Part shown: piece after piece, positions 9,972-19,473 of the stretch
Position numbering within the stretch: the stretch's first letter is position 1
How the letters are laid out: each line of letters starts with the position of its first letter
Assembly: GCA_947649615.1 (NCBI GenBank)
Contig: CANSSG010000007.1
Location: 5,531-69,530, forward strand
From: an uncultured Clostridia bacterium
Lineage (GTDB): Bacteria; Bacillota; Clostridia; Oscillospirales; Oscillospiraceae
Length of the DNA: 64,000 nt
Direction: 5' to 3'
Translations under genes and position numbers: made by a program
The notes under the pieces: model-generated
What the model was told of the DNA's origin: nothing
What the model saw: the letters and a program-made list of their open reading frames with translations, nothing else
Databases searched by the model: none

Positions 9972-11276
9972 TTAATCCCAATCCACCCCAAAATCAGGCC
10001 TTGCGGGGTCCATGACATCCTTCGCGTCGTAGAATTGCAAATACCGCTTCCTGGAATTGCGCAGGGTGGTGCCGTCCGGGTGCAGCCGGTCGCAGATCAC
10101 CGCGCAGATATCCTTCTTAATAAAACTGAAGCTCTCCACGCCTACCGAGCAGAAGACCCGGAAGCCCTGACTTTGCAGGTACTTGAAAATCGGACCTGTC
10201 TGGGTCCAGTCGCCGCCGTCGGGGCGTTCGCCGTGGGGATAGTACAAAACCGGCGTCTCGCCTACCAAGCTGCCTACCTCATCAAACCATTTCTCCGTAT
10301 CCTTCTGGATGGCGTCCAGCTTGAGGCGCTGGCCGCTGAGACGGATGTGGCCCCAGGTGTGGCTCCCAAACGTCCAGCCGGTGCGCTTTAACTCCTCGAT
10401 AATGGGCTTGACCGCTTCCCGCTCCGCCTGCCGGTTGGCCTCCAGCTCCTCCGTCCACTCCACGCCGCCGTCGGTCTGGGTGCGGTAGCCTAAAATCCCC
10501 TGGTAGCCCGTCAGGCTCAGGGACGCCTTCGCGCCGAAGGGGGAGAAATCCGGATGCTCCTCCACAAACTTGTCCAGGGCGGGGATGGCGTCCAGCTCGC
10601 GGCTGGTAACCTCCTTCCCTTCCGGGTCCAGGCCCCAAGACCAAACCTTGCCGTCCTCGCCGATGACCAGCTTGTAGGCGAAGCCGTTGTCCAGCATGTA
10701 GGGATAATAATTCGTGTCGTCATAGGAGAAAACCAGGGGCTTCTTGCCCTCCGGCAGATAGAGCGTGTTGCGCACCATCTTCGGCTGGCCGTCCTCGCCG
10801 GTGGTCTCGCGCCAAACATCCCCAATGTCTACCAGTACAAAGCCGTTGGCGTAGCAGCTTTCCAGAATTTTATGGAACTCCCCCACCGTTACCATATAGT
10901 CGTCCAGGCCCTTTTCCTCGCTGTCCCCGTCAAAGGCCAGTTCCGGGTAGGCGATGATGGGGTGGAAAAAAAGATGCTCCACAATCCCGTCATAGGCGGC
11001 GTACGCCACGCCGTCCCGCTCCCCGCCCTCCGGCATCACCGTGGGGTCCAGGATTTCATACGGCTCCTTCTCCACAGGCTCCGGGTCCGGCTCGGGTTCC
11101 GGCTCAGGCTCGGGTTCTGGTTCGGGTTCCGGGTCCTCCGGTTCTCCGGCAGGCGGGGCAGGGTCCTGGACCGGGTCGGGGGCCGGCGCGTCCGGCACGG
11201 GCTGGGGTTCGCCGCTGGCGCAGGCGGCGGTGAACAGCAGCGTCAGCGCCAGCAGCAGCGCGGTGAGTTTCTTCAT
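9972..11276 (-). CDS. Lipoprotein with polysaccharide-deacetylase (NodB-like) domain and a Pro/Glu-repeat linker
   Basis: Start chosen at MKKLTALLLALTLLFTAAC (lipobox), with GGGAGG upstream. Contains an (EP)n linker, a SYDDTNYY-type motif and GSHTWGHIRLS (H-x-x-x-H). Confidence 0.6.
   Translation of the reverse strand: MKKLTALLLALTLLFTAACASGEPQPVPDAPAPDPVQDPAPPAGEPEDPEPEPEPEPEPEPEPDPEPVEKEPYEILDPTVMPEGGERDGVAYAAYDGIVEHLFFHPIIAYPELAFDGDSEEKGLDDYMVTVGEFHKILESCYANGFVLVDIGDVWRETTGEDGQPKMVRNTLYLPEGKKPLVFSYDDTNYYPYMLDNGFAYKLVIGEDGKVWSWGLDPEGKEVTSRELDAIPALDKFVEEHPDFSPFGAKASLSLTGYQGILGYRTQTDGGVEWTEELEANRQAEREAVKPIIEELKRTGWTFGSHTWGHIRLSGQRLKLDAIQKDTEKWFDEVGSLVGETPVLYYPHGERPDGGDWTQTGPIFKYLQSQGFRVFCSVGVESFSFIKKDICAVICDRLHPDGTTLRNSRKRYLQFYDAKDVMDPARPDFGVDWD
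11077..11150 (-). repeat. Low-complexity (GAGCCN/GAACCN)n tract encoding EPEPEPEPEPEPEPDPEP
   Basis: Visible 6-nt periodicity, ggctccgggtccggctcgggttccggctcaggctcgggttctgg..., lying in frame inside the CDS. Confidence 0.85.
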
Positions 11277-11417
11277 GTTGTAAATTACCTCCCATTGGCG
11301 GTGCATCCCGCCGGATTCTTGTCCTAGTATATCACGTATCTCCCGGAAAGCAAGCCACGATTCCGTATCATACCGGCAACAAAAGGGTAACGGCATTCCC
11401 CTGCGGCCATCCCGGCC

Positions 11418-11687
11418 CTAGATATCCTTCACCTGGTCCATATAATATACGCTGTTCATCGTATGTACCACGATCCGGCCCGTGGCCTTGTCCTTCTTCC
11501 AGTCCTGGACCAGGCTGGTACGGATATAGCGGTCGCACGGCTCCCCCCGCTTGTCATAGCGGCAGTGGAACAGTACGCAGTTATCCTCCATCTTTGCCTC
11601 CCCGATGCAGCCCTGGTTGGCCAAATCGGACGGCTCCGCCTTGGCTACGCCCTCTTTATCCGTTATGCGCGTGATCTGATACATCAA
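11418..11687 (-). CDS. Hypothetical 89-aa protein (4 Cys)
   Basis: ORF MMYQITRITDKEGVAKAEPSDLANQGCIGEAKMEDNCVLFHCRYDKRGEPCDRY...; no family recognised. AGGAGG lies upstream of the start. Confidence 0.45.
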   Translation of the reverse strand: MMYQITRITDKEGVAKAEPSDLANQGCIGEAKMEDNCVLFHCRYDKRGEPCDRYIRTSLVQDWKKDKATGRIVVHTMNSVYYMDQVKDI

Positions 11688-11796
11688 AACGCCTCCTTAT
11701 TTGATATTCTGCCTGAAATTATACGTGCCGCCGGTGCATTTGTCAATCGCCCCAGGCGGCGAGAAATAAAAAAACGGAGAATTTCTCTGCGGGGCC

Positions 11797-11825
11797 TTGA
11801 CCAAAATGGTCAACCGCGGTATGGT
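11797..11825 (+). promoter_or_regulatory. Promoter TTGACC-17-TATGGT with perfect palindrome TTGACCA-AAA-TGGTCAA over the -35 (candidate TetR operator)
   Basis: -35 at 11797-11802, -10 at 11820-11825. The palindrome spans 11797-11813, 35 nt upstream of the tetR ATG. Confidence 0.6.
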
Positions 11826-11847
11826 AGCAGGGAAAGGAGGGACGCCT

Positions 11848-12468
11848 ATGAACCCGAAATTCTTCAGCCTCCCCCAGGAGCGGCAGGACTTGATCCGCAG
11901 CAGCGCCATGCTGGAGTTCGGCGAAAACACCTTCAAAAAGACCTCCGCAGACGCCGTGGCAAAACGCGCCGGCATCTCCAAAAGCCTGCTGTTCCACTAC
12001 TTCAAAGACAAAAGGGAACTGTACCTATACCTCTACCAGTACGCCCTGGACGTCTGCGTAAAGCAGTATATGCTGAAAACCTACGATTTCGGGGAAACGG
12101 ACTTCTTCCTGGCCCTGGAAATGGGGCATAAGGTGAAAATGGACCTGGTGCGGAAATATCCGGGGCTGTTCCGGTTCGTCATGCGCACCTACTATGAGCG
12201 GGACAGCATCCTCTCCCCGAAGCTCCGGGCGGGACTAGACGGCCTGATGGAATCCACAATCCGGGACTTCCTTGGCCGGATGGACCTATATAAATTCAAG
12301 GAGGGCGTGGACCCTTACCAGGTCGTCCGGCTGCTGCTCCTGGCCGCCGAAGGCATGCTGGCGGAAACCAACGCCAGCACCCCCGAAGAAATCAACGCCC
12401 TGTTCCTGGAATACAAGCGCCACGCGGACATGCTGCGCAAGTTCCTATATAAGGAGGAGTATGTATGA
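11848..12468 (+). CDS. TetR/AcrR family transcriptional regulator
   Basis: MNPKFFSLPQERQDLIRSSAMLEFGENTFKKTSADAVAKRAGISKSLLFHYFKDKRELY, a TetR HTH region. Start chosen after the RBS GGAAAGGAGG. Confidence 0.85.
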   Translation: MNPKFFSLPQERQDLIRSSAMLEFGENTFKKTSADAVAKRAGISKSLLFHYFKDKRELYLYLYQYALDVCVKQYMLKTYDFGETDFFLALEMGHKVKMDLVRKYPGLFRFVMRTYYERDSILSPKLRAGLDGLMESTIRDFLGRMDLYKFKEGVDPYQVVRLLLLAAEGMLAETNASTPEEINALFLEYKRHADMLRKFLYKEEYV

Positions 12469-13157
12469 TTGACATCAACCATCTGACCAAAACCTACGGC
12501 AAGGCCCGGGGCGTTACAGACCTGACCCTCCATGTACCCCAGGGCTGCTGCTTCGGCTTTATCGGGCCGAACGGCGCGGGGAAATCTACCACCATCCGCA
12601 CCCTGCTGGGGCTGCTCTCCCCCACCGGCGGGTCCGCCAAAGTGCTGGGCCTGGACTGCATCCGGGACAGGACGGCAATCCTCGCCCAGGTGGGGTACAT
12701 GCCCTCGGAAGCCATGTTCTATCCAGAAATGCGGGCAGGCGAGGTGATCCGTTTGTCGGCCAAGCTGCGCAGGCGGGACTGCCGCAAGGAAGCGGAAGCC
12801 CTCTGCGCCGCCCTCGATCTGGATGAGCGGAAGAAAATCCGGGAGCTGAGCCTGGGCAACCGGAAAAAAGTGTCCATCGTATGCGCGATGCAGCACAGGC
12901 CGGAGCTGTATGTGCTGGACGAGCCTACCAGCGGGCTGGACCCGTTGGTCCAGCGGGCCTTTTGGGCCGAGATCGCGGCCCGGCGGCGGGAAGGGGCGTC
13001 GGTGTTCCTTTCCTCCCATGTGCTCTACGAGGTCCAGCGGTACTGCGAACGCGCCGCCATCATCCGGGAAGGGCGGCTGGTGGTTGAAGGGACTACTGAA
13101 GAACTGGATATTGAGAACAAATTCTTCGACTACTATGAAGGAGGCGCGGGAAAATGA
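12465..13157 (+). CDS. ABC transporter ATP-binding protein
   Basis: Walker A GPNGAGKST, signature LSLGNRKK, Walker B LYVLDEPTSGLD. ATGA overlap with tetR. Confidence 0.92.
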   Translation: MIDINHLTKTYGKARGVTDLTLHVPQGCCFGFIGPNGAGKSTTIRTLLGLLSPTGGSAKVLGLDCIRDRTAILAQVGYMPSEAMFYPEMRAGEVIRLSAKLRRRDCRKEAEALCAALDLDERKKIRELSLGNRKKVSIVCAMQHRPELYVLDEPTSGLDPLVQRAFWAEIAARRREGASVFLSSHVLYEVQRYCERAAIIREGRLVVEGTTEELDIENKFFDYYEGGAGK

Positions 13158-13939
13158 CGGTCTTGCAAAAGGAACTGCGGGCTAACGCGGCGGCGCTCCT
13201 GCTGTGGACCGCCGTCATCGGCGGGCTGATGGCGTTGTGCGTGGCGATGTTCCCATCCATGTCTGATTCCATGGGCGACGTATCGGCGCTGTTTGCCGGG
13301 ATGGGGGATTTTTCCGCCGCCTTTGGGCTGGATTCCCTGGAATTTGGGACGATTATGGGGTTCTATGGTACGGAATGCGGCAACATCCTGGGGCTGGGCG
13401 GCGCGTTCTTCACGGCGATGGCGGCCATGGGCCTGCTGGCCGGGGAGGAGGGCGGCCATACGGCAGAATTCCTCTTGACCCATCCGATCCGCCGCACCCG
13501 GGTTGCGGCGGAAAAGCTGGCAGCGCTGGCGGTGCTGGCCGCAGCGCTGAACGCGGCCTGCTTTGCCTGCGGCGCGCTGGGGATCCTCGCCATCGGCGAG
13601 ACGGCGGACTGGGGAAGCCTGCTGCGCTACCACGGCGCACTGCTGCTGATGCAGCTTGAAACCGGCGGGCTGTGCTTCGGCGTCTCGTCCCTGCTGCGCC
13701 GGAGCAGCTACGGGCTGGCGATGGGCCTGGCGGCGGGCATGTACTTCCTGGGGCTGATGATCAACCTGGACGCAGGGATGGACGGGCTGCGGTTTATTAC
13801 GCCCTACTACTACGCCGACGCCGCCCGGATTTTTGCCGGGAAACCGCTGGCAGGGCCTATACTGAGCGGATGCGCCTTGGGCGTCCTGGGCGCGGGGTTC
13901 GGGCTGTGGCGGTACGGAAGGAAGGATATCGCCGCGTAA
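13154..13939 (+). CDS. ABC-2 type transporter permease
   Basis: 261-aa polytopic hydrophobic protein with an ATGA overlap onto the ATPase gene. Confidence 0.75.
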   Translation: MTVLQKELRANAAALLLWTAVIGGLMALCVAMFPSMSDSMGDVSALFAGMGDFSAAFGLDSLEFGTIMGFYGTECGNILGLGGAFFTAMAAMGLLAGEEGGHTAEFLLTHPIRRTRVAAEKLAALAVLAAALNAACFACGALGILAIGETADWGSLLRYHGALLLMQLETGGLCFGVSSLLRRSSYGLAMGLAAGMYFLGLMINLDAGMDGLRFITPYYYADAARIFAGKPLAGPILSGCALGVLGAGFGLWRYGRKDIAA

Positions 13940-13950
13940 CAGAAAACCAA

Positions 13951-13991
13951 AAGCGCCGGGACAGGGCGGCAGCCCTTCATCCCGGCGCTTT
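13951..13991. terminator. Hairpin between convergent genes
   Basis: AAGCGCCGGGA (13951-13961) pairs with TCCCGGCGCTT (13980-13990). An 18-nt loop and a short T run. Confidence 0.5.
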
Positions 13992-14030
13992 CGCGCGGCA
14001 TGACATGCAGCATCGAGCAGGCAGTCTCCA

Positions 14031-14801
14031 TCATCCTTTTTCTTTTGAGAAAAAGGATGCGTCCTCTAGAGGACGGTTCATCCAATAATCGCTCCATTGC
14101 TGGCGGATCTGGCTCATCTGCCCCCTGGACAACGGCACCCGGTCGCCCCCTTCCAAGGTCGGAAACCGCTTTTCAACGGAGGTAACATAGTAGAAATTCA
14201 CCACAAAGCTAGCCCCGCAGGCAAAAAAGCCCCAGTTTGCCAGCAACGGGGCCATCTCCGTCTGGAAGGCGGTGCGCATGGTCACGCTCTCGATCTTCTC
14301 GCCGCCGGCGAGGTGGTAGCAGGCCGACCGCCCCGCCAACTCCACATACGCGATGCCGTCCACCGGGACCAGCCGCAGGCCATCCTTGGTTTTAACCGTG
14401 ACGCAGGCGGCCCGGTGCTTGGCGATGGACGCCGCCACCAGGTCCAGCACCTTATACAGCCGCTCCTGCTCCACAGGCTTGAGCAGGTAGTAAAACGCCT
14501 GGGCTTCATAGGAATCCACCGCGTATTCCGGGGAGACGGTGAGATATACGATGGCTCCTGTACAGCCCTGCTCCCGCAGCCTGACGCCCAGCTCAATGCC
14601 GCTCATCTCCGGCATGACAACGTCCAACACATATAAATCAAATTGCGCCCCTTTCTCCTCCGCAGCCAGCACCTCCGGCCCGGAGGAAAAGACCGACAGC
14701 TTCACCGCCAGTTCCGGCCGCTGGGCGGCGTAGACTTGCAGCAGCCTGACTGTAGAAGCCCTCTGTTCCGCATCATCGTCACATAGCGCCATCTTAATCA
14801 A
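14031..14801 (-). CDS. LytTR-family response regulator (REC + LytTR DNA-binding domain)
   Basis: (M)IKMALCDDDAEQ...FDLYVLDVVMPEMSGIELG is a REC domain. The C-terminal half is LytTR-like (VPVDGIAYVELAGRSACYHLAGGEKI...). The TTG at 14801 follows GAGGGGG; the ATG at 14792 is an alternative start. Confidence 0.8.
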   Translation of the reverse strand: MIKMALCDDDAEQRASTVRLLQVYAAQRPELAVKLSVFSSGPEVLAAEEKGAQFDLYVLDVVMPEMSGIELGVRLREQGCTGAIVYLTVSPEYAVDSYEAQAFYYLLKPVEQERLYKVLDLVAASIAKHRAACVTVKTKDGLRLVPVDGIAYVELAGRSACYHLAGGEKIESVTMRTAFQTEMAPLLANWGFFACGASFVVNFYYVTSVEKRFPTLEGGDRVPLSRGQMSQIRQQWSDYWMNRPLEDASFFSKEKG

Positions 14802-14888
14802 GGCTCCGCCCCCTCTCTTACGCAAATTTTACGCAAAAAACAACAATTTCCACACAATCGCTAAAAATACCCCCCACATTTTTTGTTA

Positions 14889-14917
14889 ATTATATCATAT
14901 AATTTCCAGGAGGTCAA
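14889..14917 (-). promoter_or_regulatory. Sigma-A type promoter TTGACC-17-TATAAT
   Basis: Minus strand: -35 at 14917-14912 and -10 at 14894-14889. Confidence 0.65.
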
Positions 14918-14993
14918 GCGGAGGCGGGGGAGATTCCAGGGTAATTATACCGCGCAAAGAGACGATAGGATATGGCTTTTTTAACAATATGTG

Positions 14994-15022
14994 AACGCGG
15001 GAAGCCACAGGCTTCCCGCGTT
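14994..15022 (-). terminator. Hairpin after the MCP gene
   Basis: AACGCGGGAAGCC-nnn-GGCTTCCCGCGTT, a 13-bp perfect stem 5 nt past the stop. Confidence 0.55.
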
Positions 15023-15026
15023 TACA

Positions 15027-16973
15027 TCAGTTCAGTTGGAATTTGTTCACCAGATCATTCATCAGCAGGGATTGATCTGTCAACTCCTGGGAGGTGGCGG
15101 CGCTCTGCTCAGCAGTGGCGGAGGTGCTCTGGACAACGGCGGAAATCTGACCGATCCCCTCTGTGACCTGGGCAATGGCAGTGGTCTGGCCCTCTACGGA
15201 CTCTACCACCGAATTTACCTTGATGGTCATGTTTTCCGCGATGGAACTGGTCTTGTCCAGGGCCTCCGTCACCCGCCGCACTACCTCCCCGCCAGCATGG
15301 ACGGAGGAAATGGAACTCTCGATCAACTCCTTGGTGGCCTTGGCAGCCTCGTCGGACTTGGACGCCAGATTGCGCACCTCGTCAGCCACTACGGCAAAGC
15401 CCTTTCCGGCGGCGCCGGCCCGGGCAGCTTCCACGGCGGCGTTCAAGGCCAGAATGTTGGTCTGGAACGCGATGTTCTCGATGGTCTCGATAATCTTGCC
15501 GATTTCTGCGGCAGAGCCGGATATTTTCTCCATGGCGCCGTTCAGTTCCCTGACATGGCCCACACTGGCCCCTAGCTGTGCGCCGGCCTGATTGACGAAC
15601 CGGCCGGTCTCCTCCGCAGCGGCGGCAGTCTGCCGCGCAGTCTCCGCGATGCTGTCGGCGGTGGCGGACAGTTGGCAGACGGCGCTGGCCTGCTCAGCCG
15701 CGCCCTGGCTCAAGGACTGCGCACCGTTGGATACCTGGGATGCACTGTTGGCGACGGTCCCGGCGGACTGCCTGATCTGGATGAGGGTGTCTTGCAGGGA
15801 ATTATGAATCGCCTTTATGGACCGCTCAATTGCCGCGAAGTCGCCTACATATGTACGGTCAATCTTCTCCCGGAAGTCTCCTTCCGCCATCTTCCCCAAG
15901 TGGTGGGACACGTCCTGCACCACGTCGTTCAGGCGGAGAATCGTGGTATCCAGGGCCTTTGTCAGCTTGGCGGTTTCATCCTGCGACCGGACCGCAGGCG
16001 TGGGGGTCTGCAAATCCCCGTCCGCCAGCTTTTCCAGCCGGATGACGCAGGACCGGATGGGTCCGGAGATGGACCGGCCCACCATCACCGCCACAGGGAA
16101 GGTCGCGAGAACCGCCAGGACCACCACCAGGACCGTCAGCATAATGCTCCGGTCCAAAGTGGCCTTGAACTCCCGCTGGCTGGTTTCAATGGCAATGCTC
16201 CAATGCTGGTAGCCCTCGACGGGCGCATAGCCCACCAGCTTATTATCGCCGTAGAATTTGTAGGCGCCAAAGCCGGTCTCCCCCTGGATCATCTTCTGGT
16301 TCACCGCCGCCACATCCGCCACGCCGGCGTCCGACTGGGCGGCCAAAATCATGTTGGAGCCTTCCTCCACGATGGCGCGGTCCGGATGCCCGATGACGTT
16401 GCCCTTGTCGTCCAGCACATAGGCCACGCCGCTGCTGCCTACAGCCAAATTATCCACAATCTCCGACAGGAAACCAGCGCTGATGCCTCCATAGACCGCG
16501 CCTGCAAAACGCCCGTCGCGGATAATCGGCACCTCCAGCAGGAAAATCATCTGGCTGCCGTCATTCATTATGTCGGAGATATAAGGCTGCATCGTATCCC
16601 TGCACTGCTGAAAGTACGTCTCCTCCGCGTAGTTATAGCCGGTAGAGGAGAATCCGCTGGCATCCATTTTGCCGGTATAGAGGAATCCGTTGCGCTGGGC
16701 GATGTCCTCCCGGACCGGAACCAGCTCCGGGGCGGTTGGCTCCGCGTTCTGGAAAATATCGGAAGCGGCGGCCTCTTGGAGCGCCGTCCAATAGTTTCCC
16801 ATCTTCCACTCCACGGCATCCGCCGCCATCTGGGTGGCGGGTCCTAAGGTCTTCGTCATCACATCATCAATCCCGCTGGCATTCAGGAAGGCCGTGATCA
16901 CGCCAATGAGTATCGCGCTGGCCAGCACTGCCGACAGCATGCTGACCTGAATTTTCGATTTGATGGATTTCAT
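15027..16973 (-). CDS. Methyl-accepting chemotaxis protein (Cache-type sensor, HAMP, MCP signalling domain)
   Basis: Start at [17 protein letters not shown], after GGGAGGAG. Signalling hairpin [37 protein letters not shown]. Confidence 0.93.
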   Translation of the reverse strand: MKSIKSKIQVSMLSAVLASAILIGVITAFLNASGIDDVMTKTLGPATQMAADAVEWKMGNYWTALQEAAASDIFQNAEPTAPELVPVREDIAQRNGFLYTGKMDASGFSSTGYNYAEETYFQQCRDTMQPYISDIMNDGSQMIFLLEVPIIRDGRFAGAVYGGISAGFLSEIVDNLAVGSSGVAYVLDDKGNVIGHPDRAIVEEGSNMILAAQSDAGVADVAAVNQKMIQGETGFGAYKFYGDNKLVGYAPVEGYQHWSIAIETSQREFKATLDRSIMLTVLVVVLAVLATFPVAVMVGRSISGPIRSCVIRLEKLADGDLQTPTPAVRSQDETAKLTKALDTTILRLNDVVQDVSHHLGKMAEGDFREKIDRTYVGDFAAIERSIKAIHNSLQDTLIQIRQSAGTVANSASQVSNGAQSLSQGAAEQASAVCQLSATADSIAETARQTAAAAEETGRFVNQAGAQLGASVGHVRELNGAMEKISGSAAEIGKIIETIENIAFQTNILALNAAVEAARAGAAGKGFAVVADEVRNLASKSDEAAKATKELIESSISSVHAGGEVVRRVTEALDKTSSIAENMTIKVNSVVESVEGQTTAIAQVTEGIGQISAVVQSTSATAEQSAATSQELTDQSLLMNDLVNKFQLN

Positions 16974-17065
16974 GTCGGTTTCTCCTCCCGTCTCATATTG
17001 CCTAAGACATAGAAAATGGACCTGTCGGTGCGAACCGTTTGTGCGCACCTGCCTGCCCAAGCCGC

Positions 17066-17094
17066 ATTTTAGCATAAGTTGCCAAAAGGTTCAA
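17066..17094 (-). promoter_or_regulatory. Promoter TTGAAC-17-TAAAAT with TGn extension
   Basis: Minus strand: -35 at 17094-17089 and -10 at 17071-17066, preceded by TGC. Confidence 0.6.
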
Positions 17095-17144
17095 GGGGAT
17101 TTTTTATCCTTGTCCCGTCTTATGTGCGCCGGTAAAAAATCCCC

Positions 17145-17173
17145 TTGACATCTTTTGAAAAAGCTGATAAACT
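17145..17173 (+). promoter_or_regulatory. Promoter TTGACA-17-TAAACT for the T-box leader and glyQS
   Basis: -35 at 17145-17150 and -10 at 17168-17173. Confidence 0.65.
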
Positions 17174-17409
17174 ACCCCCTATAAAAGGCAGTGAAGGGAA
17201 GAAGTACGCCCGCGCGGCGTTCAGAGAGGGGACGGTTGGTGCGAGTCCCCGCCAAGCGCGGCCGGAAGGCGTCCCGGAGCCGCGGGGTGGAAATACCCCG
17301 CCGGAGCGGCCCTCGTTACGGGCGGAGAGCGCGGGTTTATCCCGAAGTCAGGTGGAACCACGGACAAGTTTTTGTTCGCCCTGAGCCATGCGGCTCAGGG
17401 CGTTTTTTT
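17174..17409 (+). promoter_or_regulatory. T-box riboswitch leader, probable glycine (GGC) specifier
   Basis: AGAGA element near 17225. A candidate specifier context GAAGGCG lies in the helix CGCGGCC...GCCGCG. T-box sequence AGGTGGAACCACGG is at 17350-17363. Intrinsic terminator GCCCTGAGCC-ATGC-GGCTCAGGGC plus T7 is at 17378-17409. It sits upstream of glyQS. Confidence 0.8.
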
Positions 17410-17596
17410 GCTCCCGCGCCTGCAATGCCCTGTATATGGACGGGGGAAGGGCGCCATTCTATCCGCGTACCATGTAAGGAGAGGTTTTCGCCGGCGCCAT
17501 CCCGCAGGATGACGATGCATGGGGCGTATTTGGCGGGCTGCGCCAGGGAATGTAGTAAATATTTAAATATTCAACTATTTTAAAGGAGTATGCAGT

Positions 17597-19018
17597 ATGA
17601 AAAACACGGAAAAAACCATGGAAAAAATCGTGGCCCTCTGCAAGGGCCGGGGCTTCATCTTCGCCGGAAGCGAAATCTACGGCGGGTTGGCCAACACCTG
17701 GGACTATGGTCCCCTGGGTGTGGAGCTGAAAAACAATGTGAAGCGGGCCTGGTGGAAAAAGTTCGTCCAGGAAAACCCCTACAACGTGGGGCTGGACGCC
17801 GCCATCCTTATGAACCCCCAGGTCTGGGTGGCCTCCGGGCATGTGGGCGGGTTCTCCGACCCCCTCATGGACTGCAAGGAGTGCAAGGAGCGGTTCCGCG
17901 CCGATAAGATCATCGAGGACTGGTCCGCTGAAAACAGCTTCCAGCTGCCCAAGCCCGTGGACGCTTTCTCCCAGGAGGAGATGAAGGCCTTCGTGGAGGA
18001 GCATAACATTCCCTGCCCCTCCTGCGGCAAGCACAATTTCACCGACATCCGTAAGTTCAACCTTATGTTCAAGACCTTCCAGGGCGTGACGGAGGACGCG
18101 AAAAATACCGTCTACCTCCGTCCGGAAACCGCCCAGGGTATTTTCGTCAACTTCCAGAACGTCCAGCGCACCACCCGCCGGAAGCTGCCCTTTGGCGTGT
18201 GCCAGGTGGGTAAAAGCTTCCGCAACGAGATTACGCCGGGGAACTTCACCTTCCGCACCCGGGAGTTCGAGCAGATGGAACTGGAATTCTTCTGCAAGCC
18301 CGGCACGGAGCTGGAGTGGTTTGTCTATTGGAAAAACTTCTGCCGGGACTGGCTGCTGGGGCTGCATATGCGTGAGGAGAACCTGCGGCTCCGGGATCAC
18401 GATCCCGAGGAGCTGAGCCACTACTCCAACGCCACCACCGACTTTGAGTTCGTGTTCCCCTTCGGCTGGGGTGAGCTGTGGGGCGTGGCCAGCCGCACGG
18501 ACTTCGACCTCTCCGCCCATCAGAATACCTCCGGCAAGGATCAGACCTATTTTGACCAGGAGTCCGGCGAGCACTTTGTCCCCTATGTCATCGAGCCGTC
18601 TTTGGGCGCCGACCGGGTGGTGCTGGCCTTCCTGGTGGACGCCTACGATGAGGAAGTGGTGGACGCGGAAAAGAACGACGTGCGCACTGTCCTGCGCCTG
18701 CACCCCGCCCTGGCGCCCTTTAAGGCCGCCGTCCTGCCCCTGAGCAAGAAGCTGGGGGACAAGGCCCGGGAGATTCAGGCGGAGCTGTCCAAGGACTGGA
18801 TGGTGGACTTCGACGACGCCGGGAGCATCGGCAAACGCTACCGCCGTCAGGACGAGGTGGGTACGCCCTTCTGCATCACGGTAGACTTCGAGACCGTGGG
18901 CGACGGCAAGACCCCCGCCGACAACTGCGTTACCGTCCGGGAGCGGGACAGCATGAAGCAGGTCCGCATCCCCATCAGCGAGCTGAAGGGCTGGCTGGCG
19001 GAGCGGCTGGCGTATTGA
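17597..19018 (+). CDS. glyQS: Glycine--tRNA ligase (single-chain alpha2 type)
   Basis: 473-aa ORF ...[50 protein letters not shown]...; AAAGGAG lies 8 nt upstream. Confidence 0.95.
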   Translation: MKNTEKTMEKIVALCKGRGFIFAGSEIYGGLANTWDYGPLGVELKNNVKRAWWKKFVQENPYNVGLDAAILMNPQVWVASGHVGGFSDPLMDCKECKERFRADKIIEDWSAENSFQLPKPVDAFSQEEMKAFVEEHNIPCPSCGKHNFTDIRKFNLMFKTFQGVTEDAKNTVYLRPETAQGIFVNFQNVQRTTRRKLPFGVCQVGKSFRNEITPGNFTFRTREFEQMELEFFCKPGTELEWFVYWKNFCRDWLLGLHMREENLRLRDHDPEELSHYSNATTDFEFVFPFGWGELWGVASRTDFDLSAHQNTSGKDQTYFDQESGEHFVPYVIEPSLGADRVVLAFLVDAYDEEVVDAEKNDVRTVLRLHPALAPFKAAVLPLSKKLGDKAREIQAELSKDWMVDFDDAGSIGKRYRRQDEVGTPFCITVDFETVGDGKTPADNCVTVRERDSMKQVRIPISELKGWLAERLAY

Positions 19019-19025
19019 TGGATGT

Positions 19026-19065
19026 AAAAAGCGGAACCGTCCCCTTTGGGACGGTTCCGCTTTTT
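19026..19065. terminator. Bidirectional intrinsic terminator
   Basis: A5-GCGGAACCGTCCC-CTTT-GGGACGGTTCCGC-T5, between convergent glyQS and cheY. Confidence 0.85.
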
Positions 19066-19087
19066 AGGCGCTGGAAAAGGGATGGGT

Positions 19088-19453
19088 TCAATCCTGCATT
19101 GCCTGCTCCAGGGCGTCCAGCAGCATGGCGCGGTCGATGGGCTTGTAGAGAAACAGCTTCGCGCCGATGTTTTCCGCTTCGTGGATGGTGTCGTCGTAGG
19201 CCAAAGAGGAAATCATGATAATGCGGGCGTTGGGATGGGCTTCCGCGATCACCTGGGCGGCCTCCAGGCCGTCGATGCCGGGCATGATAATATCCATCGT
19301 TACAATATCAGGCTGGACTTCCTCATAGCGGGCAATGGCCTCATCGCCGTTGCAGCAGTACGCGGCAACCTCAAAATCGCTGCCTTCCAGCATTTCGCAG
19401 ATCTGATACTCCATTACACGGGAGTCGTCTACCACCATGATCCGTTTTTTCAT
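19088..19453 (-). CDS. cheY: CheY-like single-domain response regulator
   Basis: 121 aa, MKKRIMVVDDSRVMEY...DIVTMDIIMPGIDG...LYKP. The internal ATG at 19453 is used; the longer track ORF is upstream noise. Confidence 0.88.
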   Translation of the reverse strand: MKKRIMVVDDSRVMEYQICEMLEGSDFEVAAYCCNGDEAIARYEEVQPDIVTMDIIMPGIDGLEAAQVIAEAHPNARIIMISSLAYDDTIHEAENIGAKLFLYKPIDRAMLLDALEQAMQD

Positions 19454-19473
19454 GTACCTGTTCCCTCTTTCTA

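Noticed and set aside
11041-11283. Plus-strand ORF encoding GSGSGSGSGSGS..., and the repetitive DNA beneath it.
   Set aside because: It is the antisense reading of the (EP)n linker of the deacetylase lipoprotein. The 6-nt periodicity is a coding low-complexity tract, not a CRISPR array or a satellite.
15672-16847. 391-aa plus-strand ORF, with smaller ones at 14991-15807.
   Set aside because: They are antisense to the MCP gene and have no RBS or recognisable domains.
17145-17583. ORFs 17145-17384 and 17191-17583 upstream of glyQS.
   Set aside because: They run through the T-box leader and its terminator. The translations are Arg/Pro-rich and implausible, so the region is better explained as regulatory RNA.
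17459-18703. 414-aa minus-strand ORF.
   Set aside because: It is a shadow of glyQS on the opposite strand.
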